Below, piece after piece: positions 49,736 to 62,556 of a stretch of 64,000 bases of DNA (within the stretch, counting starts at the first letter, position 1; each line of letters begins with the position of its first letter). Both the position numbers and the translations under genes were made by a program. Source of the stretch: Carcharhinus longimanus (taxonomy: Eukaryota); NCBI GenBank assembly GCA_030264375.1, contig JASCQW010000072.1, forward strand, positions 27,589,049-27,653,048, given 5' to 3'. The notes under the pieces were generated by a model, which ran no database searches, had not been told where the DNA came from, and worked only from the letters and a program-made list of their open reading frames with translations.

Positions 49736-50269
49736 NNNNNNNNNNNNNNNNNNNNNNNNNNNNNNNNNNNNNNNNNNNNNNNNNNNNNNNNNNNNNNNNN
49801 NNNNNNNNNNNNNNNNNNNNNNNNNNNNNNNNNNNCACTTGGGTTCCTTTGGGTCAGCATAGACAAGATGGGCTGAATGGTCCCCTTCTGTGCTGTGACC
49901 TTTCAATGGTTCCAATACTCCTGTGAAGTGTCTTGGGATATTTCATTACTTAAGAACTGCTTTATAAATATACATTGCTGTTGTTGAATATGATTTGTTT
50001 TGGTTGGCTTATTAATGTTTGTGTGCTTGCTTTGAGAGCATGACTAAGATCAACACTGCTAGCAGTCAAGGGAACCTGATATCTGGACAGACAACAGGAC
50101 AATACCATCAGTGAAATTAGAGAATACATACCAGATACTTAAGCTTTATGGAAGACAATCTGTTGAGTGGCACATCAGCAACTTGCAACTTGGCATGCAG
50201 CAAAACATCTCTGAGCACTTTAAAATAAGGAAGTAAAAGAGTTTGGTGATCTCTGAGAAAGAAGTGTAG

Positions 50270-50552
50270 AGACCAGGATAGGAACTTGATTGGCAAAAGT
50301 AGAAGTATGGTGAGGAAAAGTTTTTTCACCCAGGGGTGGTTGGAGTTTGGAACAAACTTCCTGAGAAGGAGGTAGAGACAGGTTCAATGGAGGTATTTGG
50401 AAGGGAATTGGATTGCTATCTGAAAAGAGAGAATGTACAAGGTTACGGGGATAAGGCAGGGGAGTGGAAAGAGGTAGAATGCTCTTTCAGAGAGCCAGTA
50501 CAGACTTGGTTGGCTGATTGGCCTCCTACTGTACTGTAATAATGTTGTGATT
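50270..50552 (+). mobile_element. CR1 LINE 3' fragment
   Basis: VRKSFFTQGVVGVWNKLPEKEVETGSMEVFGRELDCYL followed by CR1 3' UTR. Confidence 0.85.
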
Positions 50553-51018
50553 GTAATACTGAGGTCTTAAAATCAAAAAGAGAAATCCACATAAATTGCT
50601 ACTCTAATTACCTAGAGTATACATTTCTGTAGCAATATATGCCATTTATTTAAAAGCTAGGCATGAGTTGGTGAGATCTTTAGATACAAAAGAGTATGAT
50701 TGAACTTAACTGGATAAAAACATTCAACTCATCAATTCAGAGCACTTTTACATTTCTTGCTGTTTTTCTTGTTACAAACAACTTGACGTGGGTGGTTTGT
50801 AGTTTGTGCATGTGTAGTTCATGGTAGCAGCTGCACATGTGAAAAGGCAGCTATTTTCAAACAGATGCAACTTTTGTAACTGGGAAACCCAAAGCATGAC
50901 TTGTGGATAAGGCCTAAAGTTGCCAGAGTTATTTGAATTCATAGGGTATTCTTTTAGAGAAGCCAGGAATTGCTTTTGAAGAGCTCAGGTGCCTTTTGGG
51001 CAAGATCAGGGAGAAGTA

Positions 51019-51387
51019 AGGGCTGGAATTCTCTGACCTTTTCTGCAGCTGAGATTCTCCGGTCTCGCTGCAGTGAATGAGTTTTGGCTGAGTGCCAAAT
51101 TTTCTGTTCTTAGAGTCATGGAGATATACAGCAAGGAAACAGGCCCCTCAGTCCAACTCATCCAGGCCAACCAGGTTTCCTAAACTGAACTAGTCCCATT
51201 TGTCTGCATTTAGCCCATTTTCCTCTCAACCTATCTTGTCCATGTGCCTGTCCAAATGTCTTTTAAATGGTGTAATTTTACCCACCTCTTCCACCTCCTC
51301 TGGCAGCTCATTCCACATACAGACCACTCTCTGTGTGAAATGTTGCTGGCAGCAGTAGCAGGGCATACAAGACAAGAGAATTCCAGA
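51019..51387. mobile_element. Short MITE split by a CR1 insertion
   Basis: TIRs GGGCTGGAATTCTCT / AGAGAATTCCAGAC; the halves join to match the reverse complement of 33926-34047. Confidence 0.7.
51111..51342 (-). mobile_element. CR1 LINE 3' fragment
   Basis: Minus strand FHTESGLYVE*AARGGGRGG (out-of-frame reading of the CR1 FTQRVV..WNELP motif) and a CR1 3' UTR. Confidence 0.8.
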
Positions 51388-51849
51388 CAAGATGTCCCTT
51401 AGGGAAGGTCAGGTGCCCTTTGAGATTGTTAAGAATAATCATAAATATGAGTGAAAAATGGATAAACTCAGTGGAACTGTCAAACTGCCAAATCATTAAA
51501 TTATGAAGCCCTATAAACATTTGAAAAAATAATTCTGCTGTGGTTGCTTGCAATTCCAGTAGTTATCTGTTGACAGAGATTGAAGACTGTCATTGCAGGA
51601 TTAATACTGCATGACCGATTGCACAACTTTTCATTATAACAGTGAGAGAAGGTTCACAGTTTGATTGGCAGCTGCAATTAGTTAGTTATAAAGTCTTTGT
51701 TGTGGGGTTATGTTTTTTTTAAAGGGATTAAGTACTTGAATTAATTTAAATGCATAGAATGGATTTTTATGAGTTAATTTTTTTTAACAGTGCAGTCTAC
51801 AATAGATACTTAGATTTTATTTTATTTCATCTCACCATGGCTCCTGAGA

Positions 51850-52344
51850 ACTGTTCATAATGGATACTGGGTGAGATGGCATGTGGGTGTAAAGGCAAAG
51901 GGTGGTGTGTAGGTTGTCATGGATTGGCATTGTTACTTTAAAAGCCATGGTATAAATGGGAAGTTATGGGTTAGCACTAGGTTGTCATTGTTAGCTTGTC
52001 ATGGCACTGTTGTCGTGGGGTTTAAAGGACTAAGGGCAGGTAGAAGGGCATAGACAGTATGAAGGATCATGGGGTTAGTAGAGAGGCATAAGTTGGCAAG
52101 AAGGGCATGATGGACCATTGAAATGTGGGTAAGGTCATGAGGTGGCATCAGAGGGCATGCTTGGGGGTGGAGGTATGAATGGGGTGAGGAGTGTAACAAG
52201 TATTACAAACAAAGCATTTTTAAACAGATCACCTTGGCACCTGGCAGCCCCGTGGATGCCTCTGCATTGCTCCGGGGGGCAGAACCCAACTCTTAGAATT
52301 CTTCCCAACACTATGCTCCTGAGGCAGGACCGAAAATTCATCCC
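51850..52344. mobile_element. Decayed non-autonomous DNA transposon
   Basis: GGCAT-rich low-complexity interior; ends GAAAATTCATCCC (TIR-like). Confidence 0.4.
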
Positions 52345-53061
52345 TCTGCCTTTCTAGTTGTTTACTGCCCTGGGCATTTCTGCTATGATGCAGCCTAGAT
52401 TTAGATGACACATACACTCTTCCCAATCTAAAACATTTCAGCTGTAATTTACAATGATGGTCAATGCCACAATGTTACAACAGCAGAAAACACTTCTTCA
52501 TTACTGATAGAGCAATGTGTCCTTGAAATTTCAGGGCCATTGTACTTTACATAATATAATGTTATTGCCTATGCATATTCCTGAGTTATTGAACAGAACA
52601 GTGAAATATTTGCGAGTTTTATCAAATAATATCACATTTAATTATCACAGATAATATCACTCACCTGGAGCCTTCCACTAAGAAATCGTGAGCAAAGAAA
52701 CTCCTGCAGCAACTTTAATCCACACATCAAAAATATAAGGGTCATGAAGCACATATTTGACTGGTCTCCCAGATTCAAGTTTGATATTGGAATGCAAGAA
52801 CAATGATGAAAGAGCAAGGAGCCTGGGTTAAAAATATAGATCTGCTACGGCTAACAAAATAATACGGCAGACTCAGTAAGCCAAAACAACTGCTCCTATT
52901 TGAATATTCATATTTTCCAATTTACCATGGGATGGGCAATATATAATGTCTTGACATTGTGACATTATGTGGTCATATACGCAATGTGATGTTTTTGTAC
53001 CAAATTTCCTCCCATGATGCTTACAAAATCTAACTAGACGAGACATGGTACTCATCGAAAT

Positions 53062-53462
53062 ATATTTATTTACATCTTTTGCAACTTCAAGATGTCCCAA
53101 AGTGCTTTACAGCCAATGAGGTACTTCTGAAATGTAGTTACTGCTATAATATATAAATGCAGCAACCAAGTTGTACATAGTAAGTTCCCACAAACAGCAA
53201 TGTGATGATCTATTTTAATCTATTAACTGAGGGATAAATATTGGTCATACGACCAAGGTTAACTCTCCATCATTTCTTTCAAACAATGTACGGGTTATCT
53301 TACATCCACCTAGGAGATCAGGTAGGACTTAGTTTAATGTCTCCTTTGAAAGAAGGCACCTTTGATGGTGCAGTACTCCCTCATCACTGTGCTGGACTGT
53401 CGGCCTAGATTTTTGTGCAGTAGGACTTGAACCTTTCTAATTCAGAGGTGAGTACTACCACA
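53062..53462 (-). mobile_element. DeuSINE (SacSINE1-like), near full length
   Basis: Minus strand: B-box GGTTCAAGTCC, Deu-like GAGGGAGTACTGCACCATCAAAGGTGCC, CCAATATTTATCCCTCA, tail GTAAAGCACTTTGGGACATC. Confidence 0.8.
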
Positions 53463-53702
53463 TAAGACTGCACATAAAATGCCCACAGTACTTTCCAATC
53501 AATAGTCATGTCACTTTAAAGTCAATCTACAGTGATAGGATTACTTGAGTCATAAACAAAAGTGAAAGGTTGTCTCAAAGCTACTCTCCTAAGTATTGTT
53601 TAATGGCATCATCCAGACAGCCAAGAGCAGCGACTAAGTGAAGATGGAAGAGACCAAGACATTGAGAAACTTGCAATTATCATCTTGCATCATTTTAAAA
53701 CA

Positions 53703-55165
53703 TTTCTTATTCATTCATGGGACATGGGATTTTCTGGGTAGGCCAGATTCATTGCCCATCCCTAACTGACCTCAAGAAGGTGGTAGTTAGCTGCCTCGAA
53801 CTGCTGCAGTCCTTGAAATGCAGGAACACCCACAGTGCTGTTAAGAAGGGAATTTCAGGATATTGATTCAGTGACAGTGAAGGAATGGTGATATATTTCC
53901 AATTCAGGATGGTGAGTGACATGGAGGGAACTTTCAGGTGGTGATATTCCCATGTATCTGCTGCGCATGTCTTTCTAGATGGTAGTAGTCATGGGTTCAG
54001 AAGTGACTGCCTAAGGAGCTTGGTGAGTTGCTACAGTGCATCTTTTATATGGTACACACGTTGCCACTATGCATTGTTGATAGAGTGAACTTTTGTGGAT
54101 GTGGTGCCAATCAATTAGGTTGCTTTGTCCAGGATGGTGTCAAGATTCTTGTGTTGTTGGAGCTGCGCTCATCCAGGCAAATGCCTTGCAGATAGTGGAC
54201 AAGATCTGAGTGTCAGGAGGTGAGTTATTCACTGTAGGAGTCCAAGCCTCTGACCTGTTCTTGAACCCACAGTATTTATATGGTTGGCCCTGTTTCATTT
54301 CTGGTGAATGATAAACCCGAGTATGTTGATATTGGGGGATCCAAAGATGGTAATGTCATTGAATATCAGGGGAAGTTGTTTAGATTCTCTCTTGTTAGAA
54401 ATAATCATTGCCTGGCACTTGTGTGGCACGAATGTCACTTGCTACTCATTAACCCAAGCCTGGATATTGTGCAGATCTTGCTGCATTTGAACATGGGCTG
54501 CTTCAGTATCTGAGGAGTCACAAATGATTCTAAACATTGTGCAATCATCAGCGAACATCTCTATTTCTGATCTTATGATGGAGGGAAGTAATTGATGAAG
54601 CAGCCGAAGGTAGTTGGCCCTAGGACTCTACCCTGAGGAACTCCAACACTGATATCATGGAACTGCGATCATTAACCTCCAACAATCACAACCATCTTCC
54701 TTTGTGCCAGGTATTACTCCAGCCAGTGGAAAGTGTTCACCCTGATTCTCATTGACTTTAGCTTTGCTAAGGTTCCTTGATTCCACACTCGGTCAAATGC
54801 TGCCTTGATATCAAGGGCAATCATTCTCACCTCACTTGTGAAGTTCAGCTCTTTTGTCTATGTTTTAGCAAAGGATGTGATGAGGTCAGGAGCTAACTGA
54901 CTCTGGCAGAATCCAAACTGAGCATCAGTGAGCAGGTTATTGCTGAGTGAGTGTTGGTTGATAGCACTGCTGATGACCCCTTCATCATTTTACTGATGAT
55001 TGAAGTGGACTGATGGGGTAATTGGCTGGTTGGATTTGTGTATAGGACGTGCCTGGGCAATTTTTCACATTGCCTGATAGACGCCAGTGCTATAGCTGTA
55101 CTGGAACAGCTTGGCTAGGGCTGCAGTAAGTTCTGAAGCACAAGTCTTCAGTGCTATTGTTGGAA
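53703..55165 (-). mobile_element. CR1-clade LINE (second family), RT to 3' end
   Basis: Minus-strand ALDIKAAFD (~54790-54818), VPQGRVLGP (~54615-54641), MFADDC (~54540-54558); 3' end CCCATGAATGAATAAGAAA. Confidence 0.9.
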
Positions 55166-56373
55166 CGGCATCATCTGTCATTGGGAGGCTAGGATTACTC
55201 ATAGGCAGAAGCTCAATATGTTTCATGCATGGCTACACTAATGGACTCCATGAAACCAAGTGAGGAACAAGAATCTTCACCACATCAGCTGCCATGTGGT
55301 CAAGCAAAGGTCATCCGATTGTGGATGTCGGAGAAATGATCTGTAAAATCCCACTGACTGATTATCATATTCATGCCTGTAAACAAATATTACCTAATTG
55401 GGAGTTTCAACAGGTGGTGCTGCAGCTGAATAGTAACATAGAAATACATTCAAATTCACAAAGTAATCTCTTACATTTAGATATGTTACTTTGGGGAAAT
55501 GTTAAGCAGAAAACAAAGAACGTTGCATAAAATCAGTGGGGATTTATCCTGGGACGCTATCAAGAGACTTTCTGTGCCAGGGCACTGTCACCACAGCCTG
55601 CCCCCGCACTCCAGTCCCAGAGCACTCTCATGCATCTCCCATCTCTGATCCTTTACATGTACCTCCGGTGATACCATCACAGTAATAGACTAGTGCAAGC
55701 AGAGAGCTCTTTGTCCGCTGTTGGATAATAACAATGATAAAAGCAGAGCGTGAGATGAAGGGATAAAATAAATAAGTCCCTTCCTTCAAAAAAAATGTGA
55801 TCTGTATCATTAAAGAAACCTGCTTCCTAATTCAGATTTCAATCCCATTGTCATTGTGCTTCTTTGGGATCCTGCATTAGTACAGTGCCATATTTCCATA
55901 ATTAACAACAGGCTATGATGGTCATTTACAAGGTAACCTTGGGCAAACACATTGGAATTCACATGCAGATGTTACAATAAATCTTAAGCCATCTGCTCAA
56001 ACAGGGGGCAACCAAAATAGATGAAGTGCTTAAGCACAGACTGCATGCTCCTGGCAATAATTCAAAGAAATTTAAGACATATTGTTGAGGTTCTACTGTT
56101 ACCAGCTCCTGTTTTATCCTCCAGACATTTCCATTGCCTTTGCTAGCTCCCCTATGGACTTTTAGATGGCTGAGAATTAAATACCTGATCCAAATAAAGT
56201 TTCTGTTGGCAGTTACTGGATTTCATCAACAACTGCAGTGTGGGATTTGTTTTGCCTGCAAAGGACACCTTATCTTCTTTGACTGACCTTATGATGGCTC
56301 TTTAACATTTTACTTTAGATTAACCATTAGATTACTGACTAACATTTTCAGCTTTCAAAAATATATTAAGTAA

Positions 56374-56511
56374 GTAATCTCACAACACCAAGTTAAAGTC
56401 CAACAGGTTTATTTGGTAGCACGAGCTTTCAGAGCACTGCCTCTTCTTCACTCACCTGATGCTCCGAAAGCTCATGCTAAAAAAAAACCTGTTGGACTTT
56501 AACCTGGTGTT
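56374..56511. mobile_element. Penelope-like fold-back short element, copy 3
   Basis: Arms 26/27 identical (56384-56410 / 56485-56511); centre has CCTGATG..CCGAAAGC; flanked by TTAAGTAA on both sides. Confidence 0.75.
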
Positions 56512-56544
56512 TTAAGTAATTATGAAGACTATAGTAATATTAGT

Positions 56545-57035
56545 CTTTGCTGGAAGATGGCTGGACTTTAAAAATAGTAGGGAAATCTGATTACAAACGT
56601 ACAGGACATTGGTGAGACCACATCTACAGTACTGTGTATGGTTCTCTAGTCTCCTTACTTAAGGTAGGGTAGACTTGTATTTGAGGCAGCTCAGAGGAGG
56701 TTCACTTGGAGTTGTCTTTCGAGGACTGTCTGAACAGGTTTGGCCTAAACACACTGGAATTGAGAAGAATGAGAACAGATCTTATGGAACATGTAAAATT
56801 CTCAGGGGACTTGACAGTGTTGATGCTGAGAGGAAGATTCCCCTCATCATGGAATCTAGAAGTACAGGGCACAGTTTCAGAATTAATGATCTCCCACGTA
56901 ATACAGAGAAGGGAAAGGATTTCTTCTCCCAGAGGATCATTAATCTTTGGAAATCTCTACCTCTAGGTTGGATAGCTTCATTTTCCACTAACACAGACAC
57001 AATGGATCGAATGGCTCCCTTTTTGCAATGTAAAT
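56545..57035 (+). mobile_element. CR1 LINE 3' fragment
   Basis: YRTLVRPHLQYCVWF and LSFEDCLNRFGLNTLELRRMRTDLME; FFSQRIINLWKSLP. Confidence 0.85.
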
Positions 57036-57801
57036 TTTGAAAAATTCTACGTTGTTTTAGTTTGCATTGTCCGTCCCTAACGTTGTAATTTTCAGCAGAC
57101 ATTGAGATGGAACTTCCTGTATATTTTAGCCCAGAAACTTTGGAAACGGGGCATTAAACAAAGTATCAGCATTAAAAAAAAAGAAATTTGGGCACATACC
57201 TATTGCAGATAGAATTTTTCCTTGTTTTTAATGATAGATCTATAGATCACTGTACCCAAATACATCCTGAATCATTACAATGACTGTGATGCATACTTGT
57301 GAATTTTCTGCAATTACACAGTTTAAAATTTGAGAAATGTGTTAAGAAAACAGGTGAGAAGATGAAAAAAAGTGATTGAAAAGGGATCAGAGCCAGGATT
57401 GGAAAGAAAGACCAGAAAGAGGCACACACAAAAGGTGAGTGAATGATATCAGATATGTTTAAAAAAACTGCCAGCTGATCAGTGCGAGGTGATTGGAAGA
57501 ATTGAATATTTGAAAATTCAACACTTGGTGATAAACATGTGCAGAAAGAAAGCGGTTTACTGAGGCATGTTGCTTATATTGTCGTATTGCACCAACTCAA
57601 TATCATATTGGGCTTTTCCATCTAACCAGCAAAAGAAAAATTGTCAATATTAAGAGAAGATGGGGAGTGACAGAGATCCTGATAACTGTATGGAAGTGAT
57701 GATAAATAGAAATCCCAACCCTGAATCAGAATCTGGGAACAGAATGTAAAATTCCTGGCATGAAAATGTGGATTGGAGATTTTTAAAGCTATAGACAATC
57801 A

Positions 57802-58723
57802 TGTGAAATGGAGATGCCTTGCCATCTCTGAGACCTAGTTGCTGCAAGGCAAAATTTATAGGGGGGTGGGGGGGTACTTGTTTAATTGGGAAGAAGGTGC
57901 AAGATATGTACACCTGTAAATAATAGCGAACACATCTATGTTGACTATGGATAGACTGATAGTCTTCACATCCCACAGGGGGATGTTAGGAATGTCAGGG
58001 CTTTATAAATGGTTAAACTTTAAACTATCTATTAAATTCCAAGATAAAACAGAGTTGAAGATTCTAGAGGATAGCTAATTAGCATTTACACCTATGTGAT
58101 TAACAATGACAATAGCATTGGGTTTAGGAAAAAAACATCAATATTGGGTGGTGAGTTTCATAAGACACCACCGAAAGTCTCAGACAGCAAAAGAACAGAA
58201 AGATAGAGTCAGCCAGTACGGCAACTAAAGCAGAGAAAGTGCTGCCTTTAGAATCCACCATGCAGAAGGTGAGTAGGAACTTGCACTCAGACTGAACAGA
58301 TTTAGTGAGGATTTAAATTAGGCTGGAATATTTGCCTACCTCTGGCTAGGAGGAGGAATCTCCAGGGCAACTATGAAAGACAGTCCTGGGATTAGGAGCT
58401 AGCCAACTGGGAAAAGGAATAGGAAGCAGGCCACTGGGCGCAGAAATAGCTTTAGACTGGTTCCAGGAGAATAAAAGGATCTGCTTAAAGACAGAGTAAG
58501 TATAACCATGGTGCAGGATTGTTGGTTGTGCTTAAAGTCATATAGGAAATTTTTTCCTCAGTTTGAAATATAAATCTCCCACAAAAATGGTGTTACTCAA
58601 TATTGCTTCTAGTTTGATTACAGTAAAAATACTCAAACTTGAAGTCTTGTGTGATCTTTGTAGTCGATCACTGGAATTCAAACATCTTTTTAAAAGTTAT
58701 TGGTCTCTATGGGGACAAGAACA
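57802..58723 (+). mobile_element. Possible decayed solo LTR
   Basis: TG start, purine-rich interior, AGTAAA followed by a T-rich U5-like end and ..AACA; no convincing TSD. Confidence 0.25.
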
Positions 58724-58884
58724 CAATGTAAACATCACTACATCCATCTTACATATAACAAAAAGATGTCACAATATCATTCTCTGCTTCCATATCATAT
58801 TATGACTGTATTTACAGAAGAGCATCCACTATTGCACCAGTGACAATGTATTTATTTCCCACATCTACCATTTTATTATACTGT

Positions 58885-58990
58885 TAAGTTACAATAGCAA
58901 CAATACTTCAAAAGTACTTCACTGCTTGCAAAGTGCTTTGGGACAGCCCAAGGTTGTGAAGGGCATTATATAAATGTAAATTCTTTTTTT
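58885..58990 (+). mobile_element. DeuSINE/L2-type 3' tail fragment
   Basis: ACTTCAAAAGTACTTCA..AAAGTGCTTTGGGACA..TATATAAATGTAAATTCTTT. Confidence 0.6.
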
Positions 58991-59511
58991 CCATTGGACA
59001 TCTGCACAAAATCTGGATTTAGTCTTGCGCACCCTTACATACTAAAACATAAATCAAAACCACTAGGTCCACGCCATGTAAGAAATTTGCAGCCCGCCGA
59101 CGAGACACTCTATTTGGCTAAATTTACATTTATTAGGTTTGTAAACACAAACAGTTACATTTGATTGCCATGGCAATTCATTCCAATACAGTTTTCATTT
59201 TCAAAAACCCTATGGCACTCTTCATGGCTTCAATAACACATGCAATCTTACCCCCAGGTTATTCTCCACTTACTAGTTTCAGCACACAGCTCTGCACCCA
59301 GCCACTGTGGTTTCTTGGAAACAACTGGCTGGTGTTAAGGAGAGGGATGAGAAAGAATCGAGCCCCAATTCCCTTCCCTTATTGTCTGTAATCAAAATGT
59401 TTTTGTGTGCCTTAACCCCCGAGTGTATGGTCAAGTGGAGTAGCCAACAGCAAGCTTTTGCTGAAAAAAGGATTATTTATTCATGCATTCATCCTGAATG
59501 TCTAAACACTA

Positions 59512-60012
59512 TTGGCAGAATTCTCTCATTTTCACACCCAGTCTAAAGCTAAGGGACAGCTCCCCCAATGCCCCATTAGCAAAACAATTCTTTGTATTGG
59601 GGGCCCTAAAAATCAGATTCCCTGAACTGTCACTAAACTACCCCCGCCACTGCAGAACCCTCCTTCCCCCCTGCGGAATTCTTGCTCCCTTACTCCCTGG
59701 CACTGCCTGGGCCCAAGTGGCTATAGTCACCTGCGCACCTCTGGCTCGCCAGGTGCACTTCAGGACAGGAAATCCACTGGCATAAACCACATCTTGAGAA
59801 TGTGCAAGTTAGGTTGATTGGCCATGCTAAATTGCTAAGGTGTCAGGGAGATTAGCAGAGTAAATACTTGAGGTTACAGGGATATGGCCTGGGTGGGACT
59901 GTTGTCAGTGCAGGCTCGATGGGCCAAATGGCTTCCTTCTGCACTGTAGGGATTCTGTGATGATTTCCCATTCCTGCCACCAATCCTGCCTATCTAAAAC
60001 TGGAGTGGTAAA
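59512..60012. mobile_element. Non-autonomous DNA transposon with a nested HE1 fragment
   Basis: Starts TGGCAGAATTCTCTC; GC-rich interior resembling 1679-2125. Confidence 0.4.
59801..59963 (+). mobile_element. HE1 SINE 3' part (CR1-type tail)
   Basis: GTTAGGTTGATTGGCCATGCTAAATTG...GGCTCGATGGGCCAAATGGCTTCCTTCTGCACTGTAGGGATTCT. Confidence 0.85.
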
Positions 60013-60362
60013 TGTACTTATCACTCTCTCACACTCACATACTCAAGAAAATACAAAAAATTCAAATAGATATTGCACTTTTACAATTTATAAACAAAAG
60101 ACTAGTTTATAGTTCACATGTTCGGCTGGTCACAGGAAAACCAGTTGTTGAGAGCTCATTTTCACTTTGAACAGGCAGTTTGTGTGGTTTCCATAGCTGG
60201 AGCTGTAAATCTGGCATTATGGTAGGGTCACTTTGAAGAGATGGATGTTCAGCATGTCACAAATTTGGTCACTTGAAGTTTTCTCACCAAACGATCAGAT
60301 TTCTATACAAGTGGACTTGGAATAGGAATCAAGCTGTAAGACTTTAAAACTGAGCAGTCAAA

Positions 60363-60503
60363 GAATAGAATAGAATCATAGAATCCATACAACGCAGAAG
60401 GAAGTCAGTTGTCCCATCGAGTCTGTACCAATCACATTTCCACCCAGACTCTATCCCTGTAACCCCACATATTTATCCCTTGATACTAAGGGGCACCTAA
60501 CCA
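60363..60503 (-). mobile_element. HE1 SINE 3' part
   Basis: GAATAGAATAGAATCATAGAATCC..GCAGAAGGA..CCCATCGAGTCTG..ACTAAGGGGCA. Confidence 0.75.
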
Positions 60504-60835
60504 GTCCCCAGGTTTAAAAAGGCATAGGTGTTACTGCTTGATCTGCAGCTGGTATTTTTCACTGGGTGTTCTTCGCAGACTGACCAGTTCTTCCCTGGTT
60601 CTTGGGATAATTGAATTATTTATCCGAAGACAGTTTCATTCACATGATCAACTGCTACTGTCCACTGAGAATAGTTCGGAAGTCTCAATCCATTGCTACT
60701 TAATGGGAGATAGATAGATAGATTCATGCCTACTTGTGGTTAAATGGTCCCAGAGGTGTCTTGCTAAATTTTGGACTTGTCAATATGAAGTCTGGAAGTC
60801 TATTCACTAAGTTTTGGGTAAATCACAAACAAAAG

Positions 60836-60935
60836 AGGCAGGATTTTCTGGCTATGCTTGCCCCAAGGGAAGTAGGTCCTGCTCGAGGAACTTTGTTACA
60901 ATTCCTGAGGCGGACAGGATGGGAAGGTTCTACCC
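60836..60935. mobile_element. Short MITE (internally deleted 140-bp family)
   Basis: AGGCAGGATTTTCTGGCTATGCTTGCCCCAAG matches the starts of 10460 and 22872; ends GGAAGGTTCTACCC. Confidence 0.5.
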
Positions 60936-61682
60936 TAGGTGTAAATTCACCAGATGGGTTCTGCTTGTGTCTGTTCATTTAAGGGGAAGGCCCCCACCCA
61001 CAGTTATGCTTTCAGGAATTTTGCTTGGGACAGAAATTGCAAAAGTCATTTGACTAACAGCAGTCATCTTATATCATCTTCTTAGTGACTCTTTTTTTAA
61101 ATAAAGAAAAATTTTATTTAATTTTTGTTCTGAAAACTGAACTGAATGCAGACCACATTTTAAGGTATGAATCAGACATACCTTCACCAGGCATGACAAT
61201 AATTTATGGTTGTTGGAGAGTGATTTCCCTGTGTGTTCCTAACTTATCCTTAGATTTTATTGATTTGTATTTGCCTTTCCCATGAAACTACAATGGGATT
61301 GTGTGGCTGTTCTCTGGAAGAAGCTGGATTATGATGTGCAAGTTATACAATGGCCAGACAGATTTGATACATCAGCTGGTAATTTTCTCTACTTTTTCAT
61401 ATGTTCATACACCAAGATAATTAATTTTCATTTAAAAAATGGCTAGTTGTGTGAAAACTCCATCATGGTAAACAGTGCTGTATCAAAGGCAAGATTACCA
61501 ATGAATGAGATGATGGCTCCTTTGTGAGCTTTTAAATGCAGTTTATCACTGCCTGTTTCAAGCGGTCAGCCTACATTGAAACTTACACAAATTGTGACAT
61601 GCCTTTTTCAAGCAGATTCAGGCAGGCAAGCAAGCACATTGCAGTCAAGTGTAAAAGTACCAGATTAAATTTGGGTGTCGTC

Positions 61683-62098
61683 TTTGGTTCAATGGTAGTG
61701 TCCTTGCTTTCAAGTCAGAATGTCATGCATTCATGTCACATAGAAGAATTTGGGCACATCTTTAGCTGACAATGTGGTACCAAAAGAGTGCTGTACTGTT
61801 GGAGGTACCACTTTTAATTGAGGCATTATACTAAGGCCCTATCTTCCCTCTTAGATAGGATTCTATGACACTGTAAGATGAGTACGGAAGGGCTAACATT
61901 TATCCATCAACCAATACCTCTAACAGTTCAATTTGTTATTTATCGCATTGCTGTATATTGAATTTACTGAACACTATACAGCTGGTGCTTTCCTCAAAAT
62001 TACAAAAGTGACCCCATTTCAAAAACAAATAATTGGTTGTGAAGCACTTTGGAACGCTCTGAGATGATGAAAAAGTGCTATACAAATGCATGTTCTTT
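61683..62098 (+). mobile_element. DeuSINE (SacSINE1-like), near full length, diverged
   Basis: A-box-like TGGTTCAATGG, GAGTGCTGTACTGTTGGAGGTACC, CTAACATTTATCCATCAACCAA, tail GTGAAGCACTTTGGAAC..GTGCTATACAAATGCA. Confidence 0.75.
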
Positions 62099-62556
62099 TA
62101 TTATGAAATACTGATTCTACTTGTAAAAAAGGCATCCATGAAATTGGAAGGATAAATGTTAGTAGTAAGATGTTGACTTATATGTTCTACAATACACAAG
62201 ACATTTTAATGTCCTTTTTTCCCACTGAATTGAAGTATGGTTACACATAATGGTTCAGCTTTGCCACTATATGGAACAGACACCCAAGTAAATTATGTGT
62301 TCACGATAGGTACTGGTTACCTAATTCTGCAGATCAAGAAAACATACTGATAGGCAATCTGTTTTATTAACATTCCATCAGATTTCCTATTATCAGTGCC
62401 GTTATTTCTCAAAACACACACATATATATAAGAAAACTGGTATATTAATTTAGCACTATCTATTTCCAGTATTAGAAAAAAAAAGTTAACAATCCTTTCA
62501 GTCCTCAAAACACTAATGAATTCATTTTCACACTTCATCCTTTAGTCAAGACATAT

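Noticed and set aside
52665-52822. Minus-strand exon candidate (CAG/GTGAGT donor, one open frame ending MCFMTLIFLMCGLKLLQEFLCSRFLSGRLQ), phase-compatible with a candidate at 46264-46330 (EGKFGVHYKELKRMLSRRLNRL)
   Set aside because: No recognisable protein. Equally good donors occur on the plus strand (3803, 10401, 57351), consistent with chance. RNA-seq would be needed; a lncRNA is not excluded.
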